From: Octopus vulgaris
Lineage: Eukaryota
Assembly: GCA_951406725.2 (NCBI GenBank)
Contig: OX597823.1
Span: 26,122,001-26,184,000, forward strand
Length of the DNA: 62,000 nucleotides
Reading direction: 5' to 3'
Numbering within the stretch: the stretch's first letter is position 1; every line of letters begins with the position of its first letter. The notes beneath the pieces were generated by a model. The model was not told where the DNA came from. It made no database searches and saw nothing but the letters and a program-made list of their open reading frames with translations. Below are positions 26,577-37,820 of this stretch, piece after piece. The translations under genes and the position numbers were made by a program.

Positions 26577-26618
26577 CATGCGCTGACGAGAGGCAATACC
26601 TCGAAACCGGTCCGTGTG
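26577..26618 (+). ncRNA. Minimal type I hammerhead ribozyme, copy 3
   Basis: Core CTGACGA 26583-26589; stem II GAGG/CCTC; GAAA 26603-26606; palindromic stem III ACCGGT; GTC triplet 26610-26612; stem I CATGCG:CGTGTG (6 bp, two G-U). Confidence 0.88.
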
Positions 26619-26937
26619 TAGCATTCGTATCTTCGGGGAGGCTGATCTCCCTTTGCAGGCTAGCAAGGACACCGTGATGGTGTCGGCTCTCCTGGTGACG
26701 TCTATAGTCGCCTGGGGCTAAATGCATCAGTAACACCCCCACCACCCCACCCTGTCCCTAGCCACATTCAGATGGCTGGGCTTATATTACAGAGTAGTTA
26801 CTGTTTATACCTCGCTTAGAGATTTATTATTATATATATATATATATATATAAATGTCAGTGTACATGTACAAATTGATCCTTCTGACACCAAACCCAAC
26901 TGAGTTCCTTCATTCTATGATAAAAATCCCTCTATTT

Positions 26938-27288
26938 TAGGAGTTCTCAACCATTTTTTTTTTCTGTGGACCTCTTTGATTATTATTTCATTCTGGTGGA
27001 ACTCTATGGCCATTCAATGTTTATAAACTAGTTTTATAGAAACTTCTTTCAAAATTCCTATTTTGTTTTCCACACATTAACTTGAATAGGTTGAACTATG
27101 TAATATGTTAAAGAAATCCATCTGTTTCTTGCAATACATACCAATACATAGATCTAAAGCAAAAGATTTTTAGGGGCCCTTAAAATACTATTGTGGATTT
27201 TCAATTTACTATTTTGTTGCGTGGATCCCCACCCCGAAATCTCATAAGGACCCTCATGGGCCATATGGTCCCTGGTTGAGAAACACTG
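26938..27288. mobile_element. hAT MITE
   Basis: Ends TAGGAGTTCTCAACC / GGTTGAGAAACACTG; 8-bp TSD CTCTATTT at 26930-26937 and 27289-27296. Confidence 0.85.
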
Positions 27289-28299
27289 CTCTATTTTCAA
27301 GTGTTTATATTTAGATTCTTCCCTACCATCATAATAATTTGTAAGAACCTATTAGGTTGTGTTCAAAAAATCATCTCAATGAGAGAGATTAGTTGTTTTA
27401 TTAAAAAAAAAATCTAAATTTTTGTTCAAGAAGTGTGTGTGTGTGTTAGCGCGCTGGGCAAAATGCTTAGTGGTATTTCGTCTATCATTACGTTCTGAGT
27501 TCAAATTCCGCCGAGGTCGACTTTGCCTTTCATCCTCTCGGGGTTGATAAATAAAGTACCAGTTTTGCACTGGGGTCGATGTAATCGACTTAATCCCTTT
27601 GTCTGTCCTTGTTTGTCCTCTCTGTGTTTAGCCCCTTGTGGGCAGTAAAGAAATAAATATTTGATAGAATTATTCACAATATATTACTGGTACTCTTTCA
27701 AATCTATGAGCAAGTTTCTTTATGGGTGATCTGCTTGTTAGAAATAGCTACTGAATCTCTTTGAAATTTCATCCAAACATCATTTAAAAAGAGGAGCAGA
27801 TTGGATAACGTAATCCTAGATATGCAATGTTTGAGAGAAGGATAGGATGACCAAGACTGGAAGCCTTTTTGATCATAGTTCTACTGGATAATATGTAACC
27901 TAGGACTAAGGTACAACAGATTAAAAGATTCATAGAGATTTCCAACTTTAGTATGAAATTGGTTGTACATTTGGGGAAGTGGGGCAATCATAATGATGTT
28001 AGTCATATATTCGAAAAGATAAGGCATAGTGAATTTCAATAACCACCATAAAGCTGGTTGGTATTTATTTCATATTCTTCTCAATTCTTAAAGATGTGAC
28101 AAGCAGTCATGATACCTTAAACAAGAGCAAATAAGTTTGATTTAACCCTCTTAGATAAAAACCTATCTGAGACCACCTCTGACATTTTGATATCAACCCA
28201 GCCCTGGTCTTATGGTACCAACCCATTTGAGACTACTCTGGATTTAACCCATCAGAGACTACCCATGGTTTTACATAAATACATATACACCAATACACC

Positions 28300-29280
28300 T
28301 GAGATTTTTGGCGTTCTTCATTATCTACATCAATAACATAGTAGACATCATCAAACGTTCTACATTGAAAATCTTTGTAGATGATTCCAAACTCCAGAAG
28401 GCCATAAACAGTATGGGAGACCAAATGTGCCTTCAGTCGGATTTGTTTGCTGTTGTCCAACAGGTAGGAAAGAACAATATGCTTCTAAATGAAGATGAGT
28501 TTAATTTGATCCACTTTGGAAAAGAGGATACTCTGTAACTACCATATTCCCTTCCCTCGGGTGACTACCTAGTGTCATCCAACACCAGAGACCTTGGAGT
28601 AATTATTGATAACAATCTAAGCTGGAGTTCCCACATAAACAACAAGATTGACTTGGCCTGCAAGATGTGCTCCTGGATTCTGAAAACTTTCCAGTCTAGA
28701 GATCTCTACACCAGTCTAGAGATGCCACCTTGAATACTGTTGCCCACACTGTGGTCTTCCCACATGAAGCAACTCATTATGAAAGTGGAAGCACTCCAGA
28801 GCTCAATAACAAGAAAGATAGATGGCATGACAGGCATTGACTAATGGGGTTGACTAAAAAAACTCAATCTCTACTCTCTCCAATGCCACCAGGGGCACTA
28901 CATCATTTGTGTGATGTGGAAAATATTGCACAAATGATGTTGGCATCAATTTTAAAATCCACCCAAGACTTGGTCCCCGTGCTATCCACCCACTATAAAA
29001 ATCGAACCCAGGATACATAACAAAATTACAACACAACTAATTTATCTCAACTGGTCCAGCCCTTTTTAATATCATACCAAAATATGTCAAAACAGAAACA
29101 GATCCCATAAAATTTAAAAGTTCTCTGGACAAATTTCTTCAAAAATCCTGGACCAACCTTCTACTCCTGGATATGTCTCCAACAATAACAACTCTTTGCT
29201 AGAATTGCCCATGGTGCCCCATATATGACTAAAAGACTTCACCAGGTGGTGCTATTAAGTTAGACATGGCCTGGGCCTAT
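28300..29280 (+). mobile_element. Decayed 3' part of a CR1/L2-group LINE (RT C-terminal half)
   Basis: FFIIYINNI..LKIFVDDSKL (FADD-type motif), LQSDL, RDLGVIIDNNLSWSSHI and LEYCCP remnants; many stops. Confidence 0.8.
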
Positions 29281-32200
29281 ATTTTATATATACCAACTTG
29301 TTTGTGAATATCCTTTGTTTCATATAAAAATACTCTGAGACTATTGCTGTTTTTATATAAACCAACTCACCTAAGAATATCTTGGGTTCTATGAGTAAAA
29401 ACCTCTTATTTTAAGGTGTTCATATTTAAACTAAACCCCCCCACTTTTCAATCTTAAGGAAGACCCTTTCATTAAATTATTTTTGAACAGTGATTTAACC
29501 CTTTTTATACTAACCTGCTTGAAACCACCACCCCTGGTCCTTTAATACAAACATTATATTTTAAAGTGATCTAAATTAGACCTTCCATCAAAATTTCATC
29601 CAATACCAGATTAAATAATGACAAAGTTATTTTACTAATTTCCTTATTGTTTTCAAAATTAATTGAAACAAAGGCGATGCATTTCAACAGAAATGTGATA
29701 ACAACTGGGTTAATGATGAAAATGTTAGTTATTTTTACCAAATGTTTCCCAACACAATTATTTTCAAAATATTTGAAATCTATCAAAAGTGCATTTTGTA
29801 AATGTGGTCCCAAGAGTGTTAAACACAGTAAATTATAGACAGTGACAAAATAGTTCTGGGTATTTAGTTCACTGTTCTACCAATCTGACACTGTACCACC
29901 TGCTAAATTATTATAGAAAGAGTTTCTGTCTTCACTTGACTGATCTGATATTAATATGGAGGAAAAGGAAAGAATGACTGTAATAAAAATGGTCTTTTAA
30001 TCAGTGGCTGAAGGCTTTGAACAGCAAGTTGCCCAAGGCTGACAGCTACTTTTGAAGCTTTTCAGGAGGAAATACACACATAACATCTGTTCTTGTGTGA
30101 CCAGTGAACTCAAACAAGGTCATGTTGAGTGACTGACTGCTTGGGAAACCAGGTGCTGTGAATATTTTGTGTTGTATGTGTGTAGCCTAACTATCTGCTT
30201 AGTTGACTGCTTGGAGATGGTTGCAGTGGGATAACCTTACACTTTAATAATCCATCCATTCTCATTCTCTGTCTCTCTCTCTATCTCTGTCTTTTCCTTT
30301 CAGATTCTTTCCCTTCTTCTGTGATGATTACTTCTCCGGTTCTTCTTTGCTTCACCAACCAGCCTGCCATCTATCTATCCACTCATCAGGCTAGGTTGCC
30401 AACTCACTAAGCAGCTAGCCAGTCAACCAAGCTAGCTAAGACACCACTTCATACAATCACAACCAACACTTACTGGCAGGCGAACATTCCACGAGGGAGC
30501 CTGTATGTGGTCACACAGCCTGTTAGAAGTAGCAGCTAAATCTTTTTCAAATCACATCCCAAACATCTTCAAAAAAAGAAAGGATGCTCTAGATAACGTA
30601 GCCCTCCTAGATGTCTGGGGGATGGAGAGGAAAGAAAAGAAAGAAGCTGGAATACTTTTGATCATGGGTCTGCTTTATTAGGGTTGACCTAGGGCTAAAC
30701 AGCAACTGTTATATAGCGTATCAGTTGCCTTTTTAGCACCAGACTAGCCCTGAGTAAGTTGACCTATGATCAATATATATATATATACTATCTGATGCTC
30801 AAATCTCTTTAAATCTAATTAGCACACTAAAATAGGACATCAGTTAAACAAGTCAAAATACATAGTTGTTAGTTAGAAATTAACATTTTTGAAGTAAAAT
30901 CTGTTGGATGGATGTACTCAGAAATTGAACTCTCCATCAGGTTATCTCATACTTTTTTTTCCCTCTATCACATAGACCCTCCCCATTGCTGGTGGAACAA
31001 ATGAATGAATGAATGAATGAATGAAAGAATGAAAGGATGAAAGAATAACTGTCTGCTTGAGAAAACCAGGTGTTATTATATGAATACTGCTGTTTGGCTG
31101 AGGCTGAAGCTGTTTTGGCTGTTTGGTTGTTTGAACCGACTGCCTACCTGCTTAGTGACTGCATTAACAGTGGGAGAAAAAGAGGCTGTGGGTGTAAAAG
31201 ATTGTTGTAGTAACAATAATTACACAAAAAAGAGGGAAGTGAATAGATTTCAGAACAGTGGATCATTCTATCTATTCCCTCTACTTTCTAAAGAGCAAAT
31301 AGACAAATAAATGAATATTTTTTTTTTAAATCATCCAAATTTTAGCAGTAATAGTTACAGTAGTTTATATATGAATTTCCAAAGTTAAACTAAATGGCCT
31401 CATTTAAAAAAAAAAGTAAATAAAATAGAATTATCATAAAAAAAAATTCAAAATACTAATAAGTGGTGTAAAACTAACTCAGGAAATTGAAAATATTGAT
31501 TTGTAGCCATACAACACAAGGCCACATATTTAGGGAGTGGGTTTGTTCAGTCATTTAAATCGATCTTGACTGGTAAAGTGTTTTAAGAGCCCTGAAAGGA
31601 TGACAGACAAAGTTGACCTCAACAGGAGTTGAACTTAGAATGTAAAGGGCTGTAATTATAAATATTGAGAGGTATTTTATCTGCAACCCAAACTTTTCTG
31701 GCAAACCACTTATTGAAAATACCGATTTCTAACCATAAAAACTTGTGTTCTAGATGAATGCTACTTAAATTTACTGGCTTTGGAAAGATGAAAGATAAAG
31801 TTGACTTGAGTATTATTTGAGCTTAAAACATGAAGAAACTCATCTAAATATCATGAGGGAATATCTTTACCTTCAATGCTCCACTGATTCTTCCTTATGC
31901 CACACTTTCAAAATTGAACATTTGATATAGAACAGCCATAATGTTTTGAGACTCTTAAGTATTTCAAATTTTTTCATAACAAATTAAAAAGTTTTGGCTT
32001 TATTTAACTAACCCCCCATACTCCTCCTGGTCCCTAGTTTACTTCTTTCAGGTAGGGAGTTGCTAGAAACATTAGAACTAAATGGCCATTGCGGTTGCTG
32101 TTGCAGATTTTTTTCCCTCAATCTTTTTACTCAGGGGTGTGGGGGAGGCAGTGTGGAGGGGAGAGGAAGGCATTATCATACTAGAGATCTGACTTGAATA

Positions 32201-34965
32201 CTTAAAACACAGTGAACTTTATAAAAAGCACACAAGGTGCTAGGTGGTAGTGTTAGACCAAATTATGAATCAAATCTACCATCAAAGTAGGCCATGGTAG
32301 GATTTGAACTCAGAATGCAAAAGTCTAGAACAGAGACTGCAAGGAATCTGGTCCAATGTTCTTATATGTTCATCAGTCCTATGTCCTACATTGCTATTTT
32401 TTAATTGGTCTCAAAAGGATAAACGGCAATGTTATCTTGGCAGGACTTGAATTCATAAAGATTCAGAACAAACATTGATTACATCAACCCCAGTGTTCAA
32501 CTGGTTCTTATCTTAAATCAACCTTCATGGAATTTGAACTCAGAACATAAGATGGATGAAATGCTGCTAAACATTTTGCTTGGCATGCTAACAATCCTGC
32601 CAATTCACTGCCTTAGTCAGAACAAATATTATGAAACATTCTACTTGATTATCTAACAACTTTGCCAGTTCCCAGCCTGAGTAGAGTATGATGAAATGCA
32701 TTTTCAGTTCTGTTTTCTTTATCTTTTACTCAGGGAAGAAAGCAGGACCCATGATCTGTTACAGAGTCTCCAAGACTGGTGGGAAGAGGGAGGAAGGCAT
32801 CCATAAAACCTGGCTTCAATGAGTTAAGTAGGCCATGGCAGAATTTGAACTCAAAATGCAAATAACTGGAACAAAACAATCTTACAGCTCCACCTATTAA
32901 TCACTTAGTATCGGTATTATCTAATATTTGTTTATGTCTAAGACTACAGTTCCAAAATTTTCCCTTTTAAAAACGGTAGAGTAATATTTGAAAGAGACTT
33001 GGCTGCTATTTCTAGCAGGTTTCTAATAAATATTTAGAGGTTCCAGAGCTAAACAGTAGAACTTGCAGTCTCCATACACCAAGTTAAATTTCTTATTAGA
33101 ATCAATTTTGCATTTCTTCTTTCTATTGGGTGCTGGTGTTGTTTGACCCCCAGCTCAGTCCTGATCCAACAGACTGATGATGAAATAAGCTCCATCCATG
33201 ACCACTCAGTCATTTTCTAAACAGTTTAAGATCACATTATCCAAGGAGTCCTATTTTGTTTTTCAGTCTCAGGTCAGACCTAGGCCAGCTGACCTGTAAT
33301 GAAAAGTGTTTCAACCATGACCACCCTTTCTTTTGTTAACACAGTTTATCTACAGCTTAATTATCTCATGTGTCCTTCCTTGTTGTTGTTGTTGTTTAGT
33401 TCCAGGTCAGTCCTGATCGGCCAAAAAAAGAAAAGGACTGTCCTATTCTTTTTACAGATATAACTTTGCTATAAATAATGTGTTCTTCCTTCAGGTTGTT
33501 TAACCCCTGGTCAATTTTGATTCAACAGACCTGACCATCATGAACTTTTTCCAGACATAATGTGCCTGGGACAACCTTATCTAATACGTCCTTCTATTTT
33601 TTGTAGTAGAAAGTGATTTTGAGGGAGATATGGCTGCTATTTATTGCAGGTCAAATGAAAACATAAAGTCTTTTGTTGGTTATGAAAACATAAAGTCTTT
33701 TGTTAACTACCAGTAATATGCTGGGATTGATTCAATCATTTTTATACCCATCCTTGAAAAAGGTAAAAAATAATAATAAAGGTTTATATCAGTAAGACAT
33801 GTCCCCCAACAAACTTTCTCTTTGTTATTTTATCCCAGTACTCTTATTCTTACAGGTTTTCTGTCTCTAACACAAAACATGTTGATACATGAATTGTTTG
33901 TAACCAGTTTTTATCAAAATGGGTACATGAATTGATTGTGCATACAGTACACATGAGCATACACACACACTCTTTCTCTCTCTCTCACACACACACACAC
34001 ACAAACATTGCTGTTCCTGCCTCATCTGCCCCACCCCCAACCACTCCATCATTGTACTGCATTATTCTGTCACTGTAACTAATGAAAGCATAACCCATTG
34101 CTACATAATATCATTACCCTTTCTGTAGCTACTAGTCATCCTTCTCTCTCCCCTAAGCCATTTGCTACTAGCCTCCATCTCTCATTCTCATCACTGTACC
34201 CAACCATACCTTCACCCACCACGACTACCTTCACTCACTATTTACCTGTGACCACCACCACCTACCCACCCTTGTTTCTACCCATCACTTGCTCCTCTCC
34301 CCAGCTCTAGTAATCTTTACTCACCCTATCTGATCTTTCTGTCACCATGCTCTCTTCTGTTCACCTTAAAGGTATGCTCTGGCTCTTCATCACCATCATA
34401 CTTATCTCTCTTTCTATTACCACTTCACTCCACCACCTACCCACCCATGGGTGGAGTAGTAGCCCCACACCCCCGCCCACCAACTGCCTTTACTCCTACT
34501 GAACTGATCATACTGTCCTCCTTATCACTCACTTATTCACTCTCACTAATCCCTGACACTACTCATTTTCTTTCCCTTCTCTTATTCCCTTGCTTGTCAG
34601 TGTCTCTGTTAGTTTCTCCACTAAAACCATCCAACAATAATAAACCTGTTCCTTCCATTGTACTTTAACTTCTTAACATCTTGCTTAAAGCCTTTGTTCT
34701 TTCTCCTATGGGAGCTCTTTGCCATGGGAGCTCTTTAGTTTTGTGAGTTACAAGGTGACCTCACAAGTATTGTTTCCATGAAAAAAAAAGCATTCAGTAA
34801 ACTCTATAAAATGGTTGGCATTAGGGCATTAGGAAGGCATCCAACAATATTATTCATGCCAAAATTGGGGCATTGGAACAAGATGACATCTGCCAACCTA
34901 CTGGATCTTGTTAACCCATTCAACAACCACTACCAACATGGAAAGCAGATGTAAAATTATGATGA

Positions 34966-34991
<26 letters not shown>

Positions 34992-35005
<14 letters not shown>

Positions 35006-35355
35006 AAATGAAGAAAATGCTGACAAATAATTGAAGTAATTTAAGTAATTTAATTAGGTGAAAGTTCTTTTTACCGGTTGCGCATTTGTTATGCTTATCA
35101 AAATATAAAAGAGAGATTAGAGTTCCTTTCTTATAGAATTTTTCCTCTTATTTTTCCTCTTATCAGATAAGAGGAAAAATTCTATAAGAAAGGAACTCTA
35201 ATCTCTCTTTTATATTTTGATAAGCATAACAAATGCGCAACCGGTAAAAAGAACTTTCACCTAATTAAATTACTTAAATTACTTCAATTATTTGTCAGCA
35301 TTTTCTTCATTTCCTTTTTTATATATCACCACTCGTGTTCGACATCTCCTTTTTT

Positions 35356-35360
<5 letters not shown>
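34992..35360. mobile_element. Palindromic insertion with about 160-bp arms in (TA)n, carrying mirror HHR-like motifs
   Basis: Left arm about 34992-35151, 12-bp duplication 35152-35163, 3-nt loop CAG, right arm 35167-35326, then about 34 unique bp. (TA)n on both sides. Confidence 0.85.
35215..35251 (+). ncRNA. Variant hammerhead-like motif (U3/A8, C13); mirror copy at 35072-35101 on minus
   Basis: TTGATAA-GCAT(AACAA)ATGC-GCAAC-CG-GTA: same spacing, 4-bp stem II and ACCGGT stem III as the canonical copies. Stem I is weak. Confidence 0.45.
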
Positions 35361-35400
<40 letters not shown>

Positions 35401-36441
35401 CTTGATAGAAATATTTTTGATTTTATCCAGTTTCCATCTACCAAATGCATTCACAAGATTTTAGCTAGTCCAAGTATATAAAAGAAGATGCTTGCCCAAA
35501 GTATCACACAATGGGACTGAATTGAAAACCATGTGATTGAGAAGTGAAATTCCGAACCATATAGCCATAACTTTAACTGTACACACACACACACACACAA
35601 TTGTGCATGCACACGCATGTGTATGTATATAAAGTGAGAAAGGGTTGGGCAATATCATCTACCTCACCCTCTCATCCCTTCATATCTGATTCCAGTGGCA
35701 AGACAAAGTCAAGACAACAAAAGATAGGTCAGAATGCAGTGGAGGCTGCAGTGTCCTTCGTGTCTCACTGTGCCCCGTTTGTACTCCACAACACTTGCTG
35801 GTCCACTTCGCTCCATGTTGAATCAATCTGGTGGTTTCCACTGCACAATCTGCTGACCCCAGTCTTCATATGCATAGTTAAACAAGTTCTAGCTCACCAT
35901 GGATTGAAAGCCATTGGATATTCTCACCATAGGTCAGCTGACTTGAACCACAGGTGTAAGCTGAGGACCAAAGTAGGCTAACTACTCTGAAGAGCATTGC
36001 ATGTTCCTCCATCAGAGGTACAACCCAACCCAAAGGACTAATTAACTGATGCCTATGGATTTCCCTCAGAAGAAAGTGCCATGCTACCATCATCAGTGCA
36101 TACACCTTCTCCATGACTACAACCACAACAGTCATCTACTGCTGGACACTATGCAGCACATGACCTGCTGATTATCAACAGTGTTTAACCTACCCAACCA
36201 CAAAAAGACAAATCAATATCCCAGTATGAAGTACAGATGAGAGAAGCAGTATCAAACTCCCTCGTACATCAAATAGGGCAACAGCCACAGTAAAAGCACA
36301 TGTAGGAATGGTGCTATAATATCCCACCACCATGAAGAAACCAACTGAATAAGAAAGTAGTGAAAAAGGTTCAAAATCATGGTGGTGCTCCAACACAGCT
36401 CTACCCACATGGCTGAAAAGAAAAAGAAAATTAAAGAAAAA

Positions 36442-36488
<47 letters not shown>

Positions 36489-36539
36489 CATAGATACGTA
36501 CGTACATACATACATACATACATACATACATACATACAT

Positions 36540-36584
<45 letters not shown>

Positions 36585-36600
36585 TAAAGATATAGATATA

Positions 36601-36880
36601 TTGGGTTGGCAACTAAGTTCTTACTGTTTTTTTAAATTTAAATTTTTTAAAAGGTTTAATAAAAAATAACAACTAATTAATCAATAATGTATTCACCCTT
36701 ATTGTTTACAACTTATTCCCAATGTTTAACAAGGTTTTCAACACCTGTTGGTAGAAATCACCCGATTTCGAATAAAAAAATTGATCCAACCAAGCTCTCA
36801 ATTCTGCATTATTGAACGAAACTCCGCACATAGTATTTGAAAGAGATTGAAAGAGGTGGAAATCTGTTGGTGCCAAATGA
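36601..36880 (-). mobile_element. 3' end of a mariner element
   Basis: TA then TIR TTGGGTTGGCAACTAAGTTC. Minus strand encodes DLAPTDFHLFQSLSN...RAWLDQFF (mariner C-terminus). Confidence 0.8.
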
Positions 36881-36890
36881 GGAAAAATTA

Positions 36891-37502
36891 TTGGGTTGGC
36901 AACTAAGTTCCTGCCGTTTTTTAAAATTTTGGAATTTATTGCGTTTTTAAATTTTGGAATCTATTTTTCTCGAGAATTCTTTTTCTGAATCATTTTGGAA
37001 TCTATTTTGTTTTTTTTTCTAGTTAATTTTAGTTAATTTTTGTTTATTTTCAGATCATTAAAATGGAATGTCAAGTTAAGAAAAATGAGCATTTTCAACA
37101 CCTCTTTCTTTTTGCTTTTAATCAAGGTTCTAAGGCCGCAAAAGCTGCTTGCAACATTTGTGCTGTGTATGGAGAGGGTGCCATAGCTGAGAGAACCACT
37201 CGTGATTGCTATGCCAAGTTCAAAAATGGAAATTTTGACCTCAAAGACGCACCTCGTTCTGGCCGTCCAGTTGAGTTCAATGAAGAGCAAATAAACCAAC
37301 TTTTGGACGAAAATTCTCGTCAGACAACAAGGGAACTGGCAGAGAAAATGGAATGCTCCCACACTAGTATAGAGAAGTATCTTCACTCAATGGAAAGGTT
37401 CAGAAGTATGGAGCATGGGTTCCGCATGCTTTAAGTGACAACAACAAAAATCAATGAGCCACAATCTCTGCTGGTTTGCTTGCTTGTCACCTCTCAACTC
37501 AT
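36891..37502 (+). mobile_element. 5' half of a mariner element of the same family
   Basis: TA then the same TIR. ORF 37063-37434 is a mariner HTH region (..FKNGNFDLKDAPRSGRP..), followed by a frameshifted WVPHAL linker motif. Truncated at a TG/TA tract. Confidence 0.85.
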
Positions 37503-37820
37503 GTATGTATATGTATAGGTGTGTATGTGTGTGTGTGCGTGGGTTGTGTGTGTGCATAGGTTGTGTGTGTAGGGGTTTGTAGTGTTTGTGTAGGCGTAAT
37601 GTGCATGCGTGTGTTTGTGTGTGTGTGTGCTTACGTGCGTGTGTGCGTGTATGTGCATGTGTTTGTGCCCATGTGTGTATAATTGTGTGCGTGTCTGTAT
37701 GTGTATTGTTTGTTGGAGGTATATGTGCGAACCTGTGATATATATATATATATGCAGGAATGTGTGTGTGTATGTGTATGTGTCTGTATCTGTGTGTATA
37801 CACATACACACACACATATA
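37500..37820. repeat. Compound (TG)/(TA) low-complexity tract
   Basis: Visible directly. Confidence 0.9.

Larger units (their letters stand above)
25703..26831. mobile_element. Palindromic array of 359-bp hammerhead-ribozyme-bearing units (retrozyme / Penelope pLTR-like) in (TA)n
   Basis: Left arm: full unit 25703-26061 plus partial 26062-26305. Right arm, inverted: partial 26306-26432, near-full 26433-26787 (4-bp deletion), partial 26788-26831. (TA)n on both sides. Confidence 0.9.

Noticed and set aside
25749-26745. Three 77-84 aa ORFs (MVGVLLMHLAPGDYRR...)
   Set aside because: GTG-start translations of the repeated 359-bp unit, antisense to the ribozyme, with no recognisable domain.
25703-26831. 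CRISPR-like or classical fold-back DNA transposon interpretation of the array
   Set aside because: No unique spacers, no fixed matching termini or TSD, and unequal arm ends. The HHR and tandem units fit an RNA-mediated element better.
35601-36410. Unexplained moderately GC-rich stretch with 85-126 aa ORFs
   Set aside because: No recognisable domain or splice pattern; possibly an old retroelement 5' region, but unsupported.
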